Shown in pieces: positions 40,241 to 50,716 of a stretch of DNA of 64,000 nucleotides; positions within the stretch are counted from its first letter, which is position 1, and every line of letters begins with the position of its first letter. The notes beneath the pieces were generated by a model. The model was not told the DNA's origin. It searched no databases and was given only the letters and a program-made list of their open reading frames with translations. This DNA comes from an uncultured Alphaproteobacteria bacterium (lineage in GTDB: Bacteria; Pseudomonadota; Alphaproteobacteria; Rhizobiales; Hyphomicrobiaceae). The stretch lies in NCBI GenBank assembly GCA_963774165.1, contig CAVZEC010000012.1, positions 375,089 through 439,088 on the forward strand, read 5' to 3'. A program made the position numbers and the translations under genes.

Positions 40241-41296
40241 ATGCGGAACGCAATATCGGGTCTCGGGCGGGCGGCCGTTGCGGCAGCCGTGCTCGCCATC
40301 GGGGCTACCGGCGCGCGCGCTGCCGACATATCGGGGGCCGGCGCGACGTTTCCCTATCCGATCTACGCCAAGTGGGCCGACTCCTACAAAAAGGAGACCG
40401 GCGTCGGCATGAACTATCAGTCCATCGGCTCCGGCGGCGGCATCAAGCAGATCAAGGCCAAGACGGTCACCTTCGGCGCCACCGACGCACCGCTGACGGG
40501 CAAGGACCTCGACGACAGCGGCCTCAGCCAGTTTCCGGCGGTCATGGGCGGCATCGTGCCGGTCGTCAACCTCGACGGCATCAAGCCCGACGAGCTCGTG
40601 ATCGACGGCCCGACGCTCGCCAAGATCTTCCTCGGCGAGATCACGAAGTGGGACGACGCCGCGCTCAAGAAGCTCAACCCGAACTCCAAGCTGCCGAGCC
40701 AGGCGATCGCCATCGTGCATCGCTCGGACGGATCGGGCACAACCTACAACTTCGCCTACTACCTGGCCGAGGTCAGCGCGGACTGGAAGTCGAAGGTCGG
40801 CGTCAACACCGCCCTGCAGTGGCCGGCCGGCATCGGCGCCAAGGGCAACGAAGGCGTTGCCAACAACGTGGCCCAGACCAAGGGCTCGATCGGCTACGTC
40901 GAGTACGCCTACGCCAAGCAGAACAAGCTGACCTTCACCAAGATGATCAACAAGGACGGCAAGCCGGTCTCGCCGACCTCGGAAGCGTTCCAGGCGGCGG
41001 CTGCCAATGCCGATTGGAAATCGCAGCCGGGTTACGGCGTGATCCTCGCCAACCAGCCGGGCGAGAAATCCTGGCCGATGACCGCGGCCACCTGGATCCT
41101 CGTCTACAAGCAGCCGTCGGACGCCACTGCGACGGCCGAGGCGCTCAAGTTCTTCGCCTGGGGTTACTCCAAGGGCGGCAAGATGGCCGAGGAGCTCGAC
41201 TACGTCCCGATGCCCGAGAAGGTGGTCGCGGACATCCAGAAGTCCTGGGCCTCCGACATCAAGGACTCCGGCGGCAAGCCGCTCTTCACGCACTGA
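40241..41296 (+). CDS. pstS: phosphate ABC transporter substrate-binding protein
   Basis: A signal peptide is followed by [17 protein letters not shown]...[13 protein letters not shown]...FGATDAPL...HRSDGSGTT. Confidence 0.95.
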   Translation: MRNAISGLGRAAVAAAVLAIGATGARAADISGAGATFPYPIYAKWADSYKKETGVGMNYQSIGSGGGIKQIKAKTVTFGATDAPLTGKDLDDSGLSQFPAVMGGIVPVVNLDGIKPDELVIDGPTLAKIFLGEITKWDDAALKKLNPNSKLPSQAIAIVHRSDGSGTTYNFAYYLAEVSADWKSKVGVNTALQWPAGIGAKGNEGVANNVAQTKGSIGYVEYAYAKQNKLTFTKMINKDGKPVSPTSEAFQAAAANADWKSQPGYGVILANQPGEKSWPMTAATWILVYKQPSDATATAEALKFFAWGYSKGGKMAEELDYVPMPEKVVADIQKSWASDIKDSGGKPLFTH

Positions 41297-41310
41297 ACCG
41301 GCGAAAAGCC

Positions 41311-41339
41311 AGGAAAGGCGTCGCACGGGCGCCTTTCCT
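41311..41339 (+). terminator. intercistronic hairpin between pstS and pstC (attenuator/mRNA stabiliser candidate)
   Basis: AGGAAAGGCG-tcgcacggg-CGCCTTTCCT forms a 10-bp perfect stem starting 15 nt after the pstS stop. The downstream T-run is weak (TTCCTCAT). Confidence 0.45.
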
Positions 41340-41460
41340 TCCTCATCCCCACCTTGCGGCACGGTCAAGACGGCTTGTGCCGAACTCAGTTTGACGGCTT
41401 AAGTCGGCGCTTCCAGCGAACCCGCCATTGGGTTCGCCTCCAGATCGAGGAGCGCCGATC

Positions 41461-42477
41461 ATGCCGCCCGCCGGGAGGCGATTGGTGACCGATATCGCAC
41501 TACAGGGTGCCGCGATGAGCCCGGGGGAAGTCCCCTCCCGCGCCAAGATCCTGCAACGGCTGCGGATGGGCGACGCGGTCTTCCGCATCATCACCCGCAG
41601 CGCCGCCATCACCGTGCTGATGCTACTCGGCGGCGTGATCTTCTCGCTCGTGGTCGGCTCGCTGCCGGCCTTCCGCGCCTTCGGCCTCGACTTCGTCACC
41701 ACCGAGGTGTGGAACCCGGTGACCGAGAAGTTCGGCGCGCTGGCTCCGGTCTACGGCACGCTCGTCACTTCGATCATCGCCATGCTGATCGCCGTTCCGG
41801 TCGGCCTGATGGTGGCCTTCTTCCTGACCGAGCTCTGCCCGATGTGGCTGCGCCGGCCGGTCGGCATCGCCATCGAGCTGCTCGCCGGCATCCCCAGCAT
41901 CATCTACGGCATCTGGGGCCTGTTCGTGTTCGCCCCCTTCCTGCAGCAGACGCTGCAGCCGGCCCTGATCTCGGCATTCGGCGACATCCCGATCCTGTCC
42001 TCCGTGTTCGCCGGCCCGCCCTACGGCATCGGCATCCTCACCGCCAGCCTGATCCTCGCGATCATGGTGCTGCCCTTCATCACCTCCATCTCGCGCGACG
42101 TGTTCGACGCGGTCCCGCCCGTCCTGAAGGAGGCGGCCTACGGCGTAGGCTGCACCACCTGGGAGGTGTTTCGCTCGGTCGTGCTGCCCTACACGCGGGT
42201 GGGGGTGATCGGAGGGGTCATGCTCGGCCTCGGGCGCGCGCTGGGGGAGACCATGGCGGTGACCTTCGTCATCGGCAATGCGCACAAGATCTCGGCATCG
42301 CTCCTGCACCCGGGCACCACCATCTCCGCCTCGATCGCCAACGAGTTCACCGAGGCCGTCGGCGACCTCTACACCTCCTCCCTGATCGCGCTGGGCCTTC
42401 TCCTGTTCGTCATCACGTTCATCGTGCTGGCGATCGCGCGCTACATGCTGATGCGCATCGAGCGCCGGATCGGATAG
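41461..42477 (+). CDS. pstC: phosphate ABC transporter permease PstC
   Basis: The PstC permease core includes the EAA-type loop ([20 protein letters not shown]). The ATG at 41461 has a GAGGAG upstream. The track ORF starts at TTG 41428. Confidence 0.9.
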   Translation: MPPAGRRLVTDIALQGAAMSPGEVPSRAKILQRLRMGDAVFRIITRSAAITVLMLLGGVIFSLVVGSLPAFRAFGLDFVTTEVWNPVTEKFGALAPVYGTLVTSIIAMLIAVPVGLMVAFFLTELCPMWLRRPVGIAIELLAGIPSIIYGIWGLFVFAPFLQQTLQPALISAFGDIPILSSVFAGPPYGIGILTASLILAIMVLPFITSISRDVFDAVPPVLKEAAYGVGCTTWEVFRSVVLPYTRVGVIGGVMLGLGRALGETMAVTFVIGNAHKISASLLHPGTTISASIANEFTEAVGDLYTSSLIALGLLLFVITFIVLAIARYMLMRIERRIG

Positions 42478-42481
42478 CGCC

Positions 42482-43339
42482 ATGGCCGCCACCGTCAACA
42501 ACAGGCTCTACGTCGGACGCAAGCGCCGCAACGGCATCATGATGGGCCTGGCCTACCTCGCGACCCTGTTCGGTCTGGGCTGGCTCGTGCTCATCCTGGG
42601 GGTCCTGCTGTGGGAGGGCTTCAGCGGCCTTTCGCTGCAGGTATTCACGGAGATGACGCCGCCGCCCGGCGGCTCGGGCGGCCTGCTCAATCCGATCGTA
42701 GGCAGCATCATGCTGACCGTGCTGGCGGTGGCGATCGGCACGCCGATCGGCATCCTGGCCGGCACCTATATGGCCGAGTACGGCCGCCACGACCGCCTGA
42801 CCAGCGTCGTGCGCTTCATCAATGACATCCTGCTCAGCGCGCCCTCCATCGTGATCGGTCTGTTCGTCTACGAAGTGATGGTGGCGCCGATGGGCCATTT
42901 CTCCGGATGGGCCGGTGCCGTCGCGCTGGCGGTGATCGTTATCCCGGTCGTGGTTCGCACCACCGAGGACATGCTGGTGTTGGTACCCGACACGCTGCGC
43001 GAAGCGGCCGCATCGATCGGCCTGCCGCGGGCCTACATGGTGCGCAGGATCGCCTACCGCGCGGCGCGCGCCGGCATCATCACCGGCGTCCTGCTGGCGA
43101 TCGCCCGCATCACCGGAGAGACCGCACCGCTCCTGTTCACCGCGCTCAACAACCAGTTCTGGAGCACCAACCTGAATGCGCCGATGGCGAGCCTTCCGGC
43201 CGTCATCTTCCAGTTCGCCCTCTCGCCGTATGCCGACTGGCAGAAGCTGGCCTGGACCGGGGCGCTCATCATCACCGTCACCGTGCTCGCGCTCAGCATC
43301 GTCGCCCGGGCGCTCACCGCAACGAGAAAGACATCATGA
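42482..43339 (+). CDS. pstA: phosphate ABC transporter permease PstA
   Basis: Intact 285-aa permease containing [20 protein letters not shown]. Confidence 0.9.
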   Translation: MAATVNNRLYVGRKRRNGIMMGLAYLATLFGLGWLVLILGVLLWEGFSGLSLQVFTEMTPPPGGSGGLLNPIVGSIMLTVLAVAIGTPIGILAGTYMAEYGRHDRLTSVVRFINDILLSAPSIVIGLFVYEVMVAPMGHFSGWAGAVALAVIVIPVVVRTTEDMLVLVPDTLREAAASIGLPRAYMVRRIAYRAARAGIITGVLLAIARITGETAPLLFTALNNQFWSTNLNAPMASLPAVIFQFALSPYADWQKLAWTGALIITVTVLALSIVARALTATRKTS

Positions 43340-44181
43340 GTATGGCAGCCGTGAATGCCCCCACCGGCAAGTCTTCGACCGTCGCCACTCCGATCGCCAC
43401 GCACGCGGCGATCGACACGACCGGGCTCGCCGAGAAGGTGACGATCCGCAATCTCGACTTCTACTACGGCCAAAGCAAAGCCCTGAAGGGCATCAGCCTG
43501 CCGCTCTACGCCAACAAGGCGACCGCTTTCATCGGACCGTCGGGCTGCGGCAAGTCCACGCTGCTGCGCGTCCTCAACCGGATGTACGACCTCTATCCCA
43601 ACCAACGTGCCACCGGCGAGGTGTCCTTCGAAGGCGAAGACATCCTGGACCCCAAGCAGGATCTGAACCTGCTGCGCTCGCGCATCGGCATGGTGTTCCA
43701 GAAGCCGACGCCGTTCCCGATGTCGATCTACGAGAACATCGCCTTCGGCATCAGGCTCTACGAACGCCTCCCGCGGGCCGAGATCGACAAGCGCGTCGAA
43801 ACCGCTCTCCGCCGCGCCGCCTTGTGGGACGAGGTCAAGGACAAGCTCGCCTCCAACGGCTTGAGCCTGTCCGGCGGCCAGCAGCAGAGGCTGTGCATCG
43901 CCCGCACCGTGGCGGTAAAGCCCGAGGTGATCCTGTTCGACGAGCCCTGCTCCGCCCTCGACCCGATCTCGACGGCCAAGATCGAGGAGCTGATCGACGA
44001 GTTGAAGAAGGACTACACGATCGTGATCGTGACGCACAACATGCAGCAGGCCGCGCGGGTCTCCGACTTCACCGCCTTCATGTATCTCGGCTTGCTCGTC
44101 GAGTTCGGTCCGACCCAGATGATCTTCACCTCGCCCACCGACCGGCGCACGCAGGACTACATCACCGGACGGTTCGGATAA
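43336..44181 (+). CDS. pstB: phosphate ABC transporter ATP-binding protein PstB
   Basis: The ATG at 43336 overlaps the pstA stop (ATGA). Walker A is GPSGCGKST, the signature is LSGGQQQRL, and Walker B is ILFDEP. The PstB-typical C-terminus is [10 protein letters not shown]. Confidence 0.95.
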   Translation: MSMAAVNAPTGKSSTVATPIATHAAIDTTGLAEKVTIRNLDFYYGQSKALKGISLPLYANKATAFIGPSGCGKSTLLRVLNRMYDLYPNQRATGEVSFEGEDILDPKQDLNLLRSRIGMVFQKPTPFPMSIYENIAFGIRLYERLPRAEIDKRVETALRRAALWDEVKDKLASNGLSLSGGQQQRLCIARTVAVKPEVILFDEPCSALDPISTAKIEELIDELKKDYTIVIVTHNMQQAARVSDFTAFMYLGLLVEFGPTQMIFTSPTDRRTQDYITGRFG

Positions 44182-44225
44182 GCGCCGCCGCCCTCGCGAA
44201 GAAAAAGACGACCCCGGAGCCGAAC

Positions 44226-44948
44226 ATGCAACCGCACACGATCGCCTCCTACGATGCAGATCTCGAGGCGTTGGACGAGCACGTCAGCGATATGGCACAC
44301 CGCGCCGAGGCCTCGCTCGCGGACGCGGCGACGGCGCTGTTCGCCGGCGACGTCCAGCTGGCCCAGAAGGTGATCGCCGGCGATGCGGCCATCGACCTCC
44401 TGCAACACAACATCGAGGAGAAGGCCATTTCCACCATTGCCACGCGCCAGCCCGTGGCGGTGGATCTGCGCCAGATCGTGTCGACCATCCGTATCGCCAG
44501 CGACCTGGAGCGCATCGGCGACCTCGCCAAGAACGTCGCCAAGCGCGTCATCGCCATGGGCGAGCAGCCGGCCTCCGTCAAGGTCGCGTCCAGCCTTGCG
44601 CCGCTCGCGGCACGCGTACGCGAGCAGCTCCAAAGCGTCAGCGGCGCCTATCGCCAGCGCGACGACGGCGCCGCGCTCGAGGTGTGGCGGTCGGACGGGG
44701 CCATCGACACGCTGCACACCTCGCTCTTCCGCGAGCTGCTGACCTACATGATGGAGGACCCGCGCAGCATCGGCTTCTGCGCCCACCTCCTCTTCTGCGC
44801 CAAGAATCTCGAGCGCATCGGCGACCACGCGACCAACATCGCCGAGACCACGCACTACATGATCACGGGCGACATGCTCGCGGGCGAGCGCCCGAAGGCT
44901 GACGGAACGAGTGGCGTCGAACCGAGTTGGGGGCCCAACGCGACCTGA
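44226..44948 (+). CDS. phoU: phosphate signalling complex protein PhoU
   Basis: Two PhoU repeats carry the DLERIGD and NLERIGDHATNIAE motifs. Confidence 0.9.
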   Translation: MQPHTIASYDADLEALDEHVSDMAHRAEASLADAATALFAGDVQLAQKVIAGDAAIDLLQHNIEEKAISTIATRQPVAVDLRQIVSTIRIASDLERIGDLAKNVAKRVIAMGEQPASVKVASSLAPLAARVREQLQSVSGAYRQRDDGAALEVWRSDGAIDTLHTSLFRELLTYMMEDPRSIGFCAHLLFCAKNLERIGDHATNIAETTHYMITGDMLAGERPKADGTSGVEPSWGPNAT

Positions 44949-44965
44949 AAGGAACAGGGAGACCG

Positions 44966-45652
44966 ATGCCGCCACACATCCTCGTCGTCGAAGACGAAGA
45001 ACCTCTGCTGGAGCTGCTGCGCTACAACTTCGAGAAGGCCGGCTACGCCGTCGAGACCATAGCCGACGGCGATTGCGCGGAGGCGCGCCTCAAGGAGACG
45101 GTGCCCGACCTGCTGGTGCTGGACTGGATGCTGCCCGGGCTCTCAGGCATAGAGCTGTGCCGGCGGCTGCGCCAGGCGATCGCCACCAGGAACCTGCCCG
45201 TCATCATGCTGACCGCGCGCGGCGAGGAAACCGACCGGGTGCGCGGCTTCGAGACCGGCGCGGACGACTACGTCACCAAGCCGTTCTCCGTCAACGAGCT
45301 GGTGGCGCGCGTCGCCGCGCTGCTGCGGCGGATGCGTCCGCTGCTGGTCGCCGACGTGCTGACGGTGGGAGACATCGAGCTCAACCGCACGGCCATGTCG
45401 GTGCTGCGGCGCGGGCAGACCATCCATCTCGGCCCCACCGACTATCGGCTGCTCGAGTTCTTCATGCAGGCGCCCGGTCGCGTGTTCACGCGCGGCCAGC
45501 TGCTCGACGGCGTGTGGGGCAACGAGGTCTACGTCGACGAGCGCACGGTGGACGTGCACATCGGCCGCCTGCGCAAGGCGCTGGTACGCGCCTGGCGCGC
45601 CGACCCGATCCGCACGGTGCGCGGCGCCGGCTACAGCTTCGAGGCGCGGTGA
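44966..45652 (+). CDS. phoB: phosphate regulon response regulator PhoB (OmpR family)
   Basis: The receiver domain is ILVVEDEEPL...LLVLDWMLPGLSGIELC...DDYVTKPF. The winged-helix domain is LGPTDYRLLEFFM...VDVHIGRLRKAL. The ATG at 44966 is preceded by AGGGAG. Confidence 0.9.
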   Translation: MPPHILVVEDEEPLLELLRYNFEKAGYAVETIADGDCAEARLKETVPDLLVLDWMLPGLSGIELCRRLRQAIATRNLPVIMLTARGEETDRVRGFETGADDYVTKPFSVNELVARVAALLRRMRPLLVADVLTVGDIELNRTAMSVLRRGQTIHLGPTDYRLLEFFMQAPGRVFTRGQLLDGVWGNEVYVDERTVDVHIGRLRKALVRAWRADPIRTVRGAGYSFEAR

Positions 45653-45701
45653 GATCGCGCGGCGGCGCAAGCTTCCAGCTGAAGCGATCCTGCGCTGGGC
45701 G

Positions 45702-45718
45702 GTCATACGGCCGTTACA
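45702..45718 (+). promoter_or_regulatory. second Pho-box-like site downstream of phoB / upstream of btaA
   Basis: GTCATACGGCCGTTACA matches the pstS-upstream GTCACACAGCTATTACA at 13 of 17 positions with the same spacing. It lies about 345 nt upstream of the btaA ATG, which is far for a promoter site. Confidence 0.25.
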
Positions 45719-46061
45719 CGCGCGCGGCATGATGCGATGTGACCGGAGCTTAGTGAGACCTCGCTCCCTGCAGTGAGAATACATCGACAAAGGCTGCTCG
45801 GCTCATTGTGTGCGTAACGTGTCCGCGTAGAGCCGCGGCAGCTGGTTGGTTCGGACGCGGTACGCCTTCAACAGCGTCCGATTCGAGGCCAGCCCGGTGG
45901 CTGCGTATCGCCTACCCCGCTGGCGAGCAGTTGCCGGGCTGGCTCTCAGCCCCCTTCGCGCGGTGCGCCTCCCTCGTCACATCCCTGCAACGCGAATCCG
46001 CTCACTTGCCGCCCGCGACATCCGCCACGAGCGGCACATCCGGCACCGCAGGAGGGAACAC

Positions 46062-47315
46062 ATGCTCACGCTTTCCAATGCCACCCGCAGCGCGACCGCC
46101 GAGCTCCTGCAGCAGGCCGTGCACCGCAACAGCGTCTTCAGCCTCGACGGCCTGCGCGAGCGCGCCTTCACGCGCGCGTTCCAGAACCTGGTCTACCCGC
46201 AGATCTGGGAAGACCCGGTCGTGGACCTCGAAGCGCTCGAGATCACGCCGGCCTGCCACGTGCTCGCGATCGCGTCCGGCGGCTGCAACGTGCTGAGCTA
46301 CCTCGTCGCCGATCCCGCGGGGATCACCGCCGTCGACCTCAACAGCGCCCACGTCGCTCTCGTCCGCCTCAAGCTCGCGGCCGCGCGCCATCTCGACAGC
46401 CACGCGCAGCTCTACGCCCTGTTCGGCAACGCCAGCGACCCCGGGAACGTCGGGATCTACGATGAGGTCCTTCGGCCGCGGCTCGACCAGATGACGCAGA
46501 GCTATTGGAACAGCCGCGACGCGTTCGGCCGGCGGCGCATCGAGATGCTCTCTCGCGGCCTCTACCGCTTCGGCCTGCTCGGCCGCTTCATCGCTGCCGT
46601 CCACCTGCTCGGACGCGTGCTCGGCGCCGATCCGCGCCGGATGCTGGACGCGCGCGACCGCGAGGAGCAGCGCGAGATCTATGCGCGCACGCTGGCGCCG
46701 CTCTTCCGGCACCGGCTGGTGCGGTGGATGCTCGACAACCCCGCCTCGTTGTTCGGCCTCGGCATCCCGCCGGCGCAGTATCAGGCACTCGCCGGCAGCA
46801 GTCCCGGCGGCATGGCGGAGGCGATCGAGACGCGGCTGGCGCGACTGGCCTGCGATTTCGACCTCGCGGACAACTATTTCGCCTGGCAGGCCTTCGGCCG
46901 CGGCTATGCGCCGAAGGGCCACGGCGCGCTGCCGCCCTATCTCGAGCCCGCGAACTTTTCGCTCATCAAGGCACGCGCGGCGCGCGTGGACGTGCGGCTC
47001 GTCTCCCTCACCGATCATCTGGTGCGGCAGCGGAACGGGAGCATCGACCGATACGTCCTGCTCGATGCGCAGGACTGGATGACGGACGAGGAGCTCGCCC
47101 GGCTGTGGCGCGAGATCACCCGCACCGCCCGGCGCGGCGCGCGGGTGATCTTCCGCACCGCTGCCGCCGACGCCTCTCTTGCCGAGCGCATCCCGCCGGA
47201 GCTGTCGAGCCGCTGGCGGTACGAGGCCGCACGCTCGGCCGAGTTGCACAAGCGCGACCGCTCCGCGATCTACGGCGGCTTCCACCTCTACGTCCTGCGC
47301 GAGCAAGCCGCGTGA
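46062..47315 (+). CDS. btaA: S-adenosylmethionine:diacylglycerol 3-amino-3-carboxypropyl transferase (DGTS synthesis)
   Basis: The ATG at 46062 is preceded by GGAGGGA. The DUF3419/BtaA pattern reads YPQIWEDPVVDLEAL, VLAIASGGCNVLSYL, NYFAWQAFGRGY, YVLLDAQDWM. Confidence 0.8.
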   Translation: MLTLSNATRSATAELLQQAVHRNSVFSLDGLRERAFTRAFQNLVYPQIWEDPVVDLEALEITPACHVLAIASGGCNVLSYLVADPAGITAVDLNSAHVALVRLKLAAARHLDSHAQLYALFGNASDPGNVGIYDEVLRPRLDQMTQSYWNSRDAFGRRRIEMLSRGLYRFGLLGRFIAAVHLLGRVLGADPRRMLDARDREEQREIYARTLAPLFRHRLVRWMLDNPASLFGLGIPPAQYQALAGSSPGGMAEAIETRLARLACDFDLADNYFAWQAFGRGYAPKGHGALPPYLEPANFSLIKARAARVDVRLVSLTDHLVRQRNGSIDRYVLLDAQDWMTDEELARLWREITRTARRGARVIFRTAAADASLAERIPPELSSRWRYEAARSAELHKRDRSAIYGGFHLYVLREQAA

Positions 47316-47992
47316 GCGCCCCCGCGACCGGCGCCGCGGAGCGCATGGACCGCATCTACGGCAGCCAGCGCTTCATCTACGATGCGACGCGACGGCCCTA
47401 TCTGCTCGGGCGCGCGGCGCTGATCCGGTCGCTGGCGCCACCAACCGGCGGGAGCGTGCTGGAGATCGGCTGCGGCACCGCCTGGAACCTCATACGCGTC
47501 GCGGATCTCTATCCGGACGCCCGCTGCTACGGGCTCGACGTCTCCACGGCCATGCTGGAGACGGCGCGCAGGTCGATCGCGCGCGCGGATCTCGCGCGGC
47601 GCATCGTCGTGGCGCAGGCCGACGCGACCGGCTTCGAGCCGATCGGACTGTTCGGCCGCGCGGCGTTCGATCGCGTCTTCTTCTCCTACTCGCTCTCCAT
47701 GATCCCCGATTGGCGCGGCGCCGTGACCCGCGCTCTGGACTCGGTGGAGATGGATGGGGCGATGCACATCGTCGATTTCGGCCAATGCGACGCGCTTCCG
47801 GCTGCCTTTCGCCACCTGCTGTTCGCCTGGCTCGCCCGCTTCTCGGTGACGCCCATCGCCGACTTCGAGCCGGAGATCGCCCGACTGGCGCAGCTGCGCG
47901 GCTTCACATCCCGCGTCTCCCGCCCCTATCGCGGCTACGCCATCCGCGCCGTGCTCGCCGGCAACGGCGCCTTCGACTCGATGAGTCGTTAG
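47312..47992 (+). CDS. btaB: diacylglycerylhomoserine N-methyltransferase (class I SAM methyltransferase)
   Basis: The GTG at 47312 overlaps the btaA stop (GTGA). The SAM motif I is VLEIGCGTAWNL. The context is immediately after btaA. An alternative start is the ATG at 47345. Confidence 0.75.
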   Translation: MSAPATGAAERMDRIYGSQRFIYDATRRPYLLGRAALIRSLAPPTGGSVLEIGCGTAWNLIRVADLYPDARCYGLDVSTAMLETARRSIARADLARRIVVAQADATGFEPIGLFGRAAFDRVFFSYSLSMIPDWRGAVTRALDSVEMDGAMHIVDFGQCDALPAAFRHLLFAWLARFSVTPIADFEPEIARLAQLRGFTSRVSRPYRGYAIRAVLAGNGAFDSMSR

Positions 47993-48157
47993 CCGGCATC
48001 CGCTGCACCTTGCGTTCCTCTCCGTGCCCGAGAGCCTGTTTTCGGCCCGGGAAACACCTGATCGGGGGTCGCCTTGACCCCCAGGGGGCGATTTGCTTCC
48101 TTGCACCCGGGCACGGGTTACTCATTTCGCTCGTCCCTCTCCGCACCGAGGATCCCC

Positions 48158-49324
48158 ATGCCGATCATCAACAGCGTCGCCGCCATGCAGGACGAGGTCG
48201 CCGCCTGGCGCCGGGACATGCACGAGAATCCGGAGATCCTCTACGACGTGCACCGCACGGCAGGCGTCGTCGCCGAGAAGCTCAAGGCGTTCGGCTGCGA
48301 CGAGGTGGTGCCGGGCATCGGCAGGACGGGCGTGGTCGGCGTCATCAGGGGTCGCAAGGCCGCATCGGGCAAGGTGATCGGCATGCGCGCCGACATGGAT
48401 GCGCTGCCCATGACCGAGACGACCGGCCTGCCCTACGCCTCCAAGACGCCGGGGCGCATGCACGCCTGCGGGCACGACGGGCACACGGCCATGCTGCTGG
48501 GGGCCGCCAAGTATCTGTGCCAGACGCGCAACTTCGACGGCACCGCGGTCGTCATCTTCCAGCCGGCCGAGGAGGGCGGCGCGGGCGGCAAGGCGATGGT
48601 GGACGATGGCATGATGGACCGCTGGAACATCCAGGAGGTCTACGGCATGCACAACATGCCGGGCATTCCCGCCGGCGAGTTCGCCATCCGCCCCGGCCCG
48701 CTGCTGGCGGCGAGCGACGGCATCCGCATCGAGATCACCGGCAAGGGCGGCCACGCCTCCCGGCCGCACCAATGCATCGATCCCGTCCTGGTCGGCTCGC
48801 ATATCGTGACCGCGCTGCACTCGATCGTCTCGCGCAATGTCGACCCGCTGCAGTCGGGCGTCATCTCGATCTGCATGTTCCATGCGGGCGAGGCCTTGAA
48901 CGTGATCCCGGAGACGGCGGAGCTGTTGGGAACGGCCCGCTCGCTCACGCCGCAGGTGCGCGACCTGATCGAGCGGCGCGTGGTGGAGGTGGCCGAGACG
49001 ATGGGCAAGCTGCATGGCGCAACCGTCAAGGCCACCTACGAGCGCAAGTATCCGGTGACCGTGAACCACCCCCGGCAGACCGAGTTCGCGGCGGGCGTGG
49101 CGGGGCAGGTCGCGGGCCCGGGCAAGGTCGACACCAACACCGTGCCGCTGATGGGCGGGGAGGACTTCTCCTTCATGCTGGAGGCTCGGCCCGGCGCCTT
49201 CATTCTGATCGGCAACGGCGACACGGCCGGCGTGCATCACCCCAAGTACGACTTCAACGACAACGCCATCCCCGCCGGCGTCTCCTACTGGGCGCGCCTC
49301 GTCGAGACCGCCATGCCGGCGTAG
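48158..49324 (+). CDS. M20 family amidohydrolase (hippurate hydrolase / aminoacylase-like)
   Basis: The sequence contains RRDMHENPEILYDVHRTA, MRADMDALPM, MHACGHDGHTAMLLGAA, FQPAEEGGAGG, and GGEDFSFM near the C-terminus. Confidence 0.9.
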   Translation: MPIINSVAAMQDEVAAWRRDMHENPEILYDVHRTAGVVAEKLKAFGCDEVVPGIGRTGVVGVIRGRKAASGKVIGMRADMDALPMTETTGLPYASKTPGRMHACGHDGHTAMLLGAAKYLCQTRNFDGTAVVIFQPAEEGGAGGKAMVDDGMMDRWNIQEVYGMHNMPGIPAGEFAIRPGPLLAASDGIRIEITGKGGHASRPHQCIDPVLVGSHIVTALHSIVSRNVDPLQSGVISICMFHAGEALNVIPETAELLGTARSLTPQVRDLIERRVVEVAETMGKLHGATVKATYERKYPVTVNHPRQTEFAAGVAGQVAGPGKVDTNTVPLMGGEDFSFMLEARPGAFILIGNGDTAGVHHPKYDFNDNAIPAGVSYWARLVETAMPA

Positions 49325-49347
49325 GGGCCCGCGTCAGCCTCTACGGT

Positions 49348-49439
49348 TGTCATCCCGGGCCTTGTGCCCGGGACCCATCTCGCCGCGAACATCGGCGTTC
49401 ACGGATGGCTGGATCCCGGTGACGAGCACCGGGATGACA
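49348..49439. repeat. MITE/REP-like palindromic element, same family as 2511..2627
   Basis: The sequence is tgtcatcccgggccttgtgcccggga ... ggatggctggatcc ... caccgggatgaca. It has terminal inverted repeats and the shared core. It is intergenic between convergent genes. Confidence 0.6.
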
Positions 49440-49465
49440 CCTGGACGCGAGGACGCGCCTGGCCG

Positions 49466-49870
49466 CTAAGCGGGCTTCTTGGGCGGCTCGACCAGCTCGA
49501 GACGCACGTCGTGGGGCACTGTTAGGAACGCGAAGCGCGCGCCGTTGGGGACCTGTAGCGGACCCTCTTGCAGCTCGGCGCCGAGGCCTTTGAGGCGCGC
49601 GATGTCGGCGTCGATGTCCTGGGTGTCGATGGCGAAATGCTCCAGACCCAAGCGTGCCAACGGGCTGCCCGGGCCCAGCTTCTCGCCGGTGCGAGCGTTG
49701 GAGAACGTCACGAGCGCGCCGCCTTCCTGCGCGCGGCAGCGCACGAAGCGGTCGCCGAATACGCGCGTCTCGTCGCTGAGAATCTCGAAGCCAAAGGCTC
49801 CAACCCACCAATCCGCGGTCTTGCGCGGGTCGGGAGCCTTGATGTGGATGTGGTTGATGCGGAACGGCAT
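49466..49870 (-). CDS. VOC (glyoxalase/bleomycin resistance/dioxygenase) family protein
   Basis: FRINHIHIKAPDPRKTADWWVGAFGFEI ... LEHFAIDTQDIDA shows the paired beta-alpha-beta-beta-beta module pattern. Confidence 0.8.
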   Translation of the reverse strand: MPFRINHIHIKAPDPRKTADWWVGAFGFEILSDETRVFGDRFVRCRAQEGGALVTFSNARTGEKLGPGSPLARLGLEHFAIDTQDIDADIARLKGLGAELQEGPLQVPNGARFAFLTVPHDVRLELVEPPKKPA

Positions 49871-49915
49871 GAGGGCTCCTCGCTCGACACTCACGGATGC
49901 TTGTGGCGGGGCATG

Positions 49916-50716
49916 TTACCCCAGCTGGCGCAGCTTGTAGACGGCCGTGTGCAGCACGTGGGCAACCACGGTGCGCCCGTTGGCGATGACGAGCGCGTCG
50001 AGGTCGACCAGGCGATGGCCCTTCTTGTCGTAGTTGGCGGCGACGCGGGCTCGCACGCAGAGCTCGTCCCCCACACGCGCGGCCGCGAAGTTCGCCACCT
50101 TGCTCCCGGTGTGGATCCACGGCGGCAGCACCACATTCTGCCGCAGCGCCAGATTGCACAGCCGCAGCAGGGCACCGGGATGCGCCAGGCCTTCGCGGGC
50201 GTAGATGCCATCGGCTTCGCGCACGTCGCGCAGGTAGTCCGCGCTCGCCTCGGGTGTCATCTGCATGGGCGCCGTGCTCAGCCAGTTGCCCTCGGCGAGG
50301 CTCGACTCGTCGGCCGGCGGACGGTCTTGCGGCGGGGTGCGCTGCCGGTAGGTATCGATCGACGGCGGCTTGGCCGCGCCGTCCCCCAGCGACGCATGCC
50401 CGGTTGCGCACAGCACGCCCTCGCTCTGCACCACGAGGTCGAGGCCGGCGTTGGCGTCCCGCGCCGTGACCACGGCGATGCGGCCGTCGTAGACGGGCTT
50501 GAGGAAGCGGCACTCCATGCGCCCGCGCTCCAGCCAGGCGCGGCCCCAGCGCTCGACGGCGGGATGGCAGGCGTAGGCGTAGACCTCGACGCCCGGCACC
50601 AGGCCGCCCGCGAACCCGAGCTTCTGGGCCACGGCATCGTCGTGGATCTTGTTCTCCGACGCGTGCGAGAGGTTGTAGGCCTGGACCTGATAGGTCGTCG
50701 ACTTGGGTGCGTTCAT
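49916..50716 (-). CDS. MaoC-like / hotdog-fold dehydratase family protein
   Basis: From the ATG at 50716, NKIHDDAVAQKLGFAGGLVPG resembles the MaoC hydratase motif. Two hotdog-like halves are present. Confidence 0.55.
   Translation of the reverse strand: MNAPKSTTYQVQAYNLSHASENKIHDDAVAQKLGFAGGLVPGVEVYAYACHPAVERWGRAWLERGRMECRFLKPVYDGRIAVVTARDANAGLDLVVQSEGVLCATGHASLGDGAAKPPSIDTYRQRTPPQDRPPADESSLAEGNWLSTAPMQMTPEASADYLRDVREADGIYAREGLAHPGALLRLCNLALRQNVVLPPWIHTGSKVANFAAARVGDELCVRARVAANYDKKGHRLVDLDALVIANGRTVVAHVLHTAVYKLRQLG

Noticed and set aside
45653-46061. Protein-coding potential in the long phoB-btaA gap (N-terminal 72 codons of ORF 45846..47315)
   Set aside because: The stretch is Arg/His/Ala-rich with no family resemblance. 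BtaA homology begins at the ATG at 46062, which has a strong GGAGGGA ribosome-binding site.
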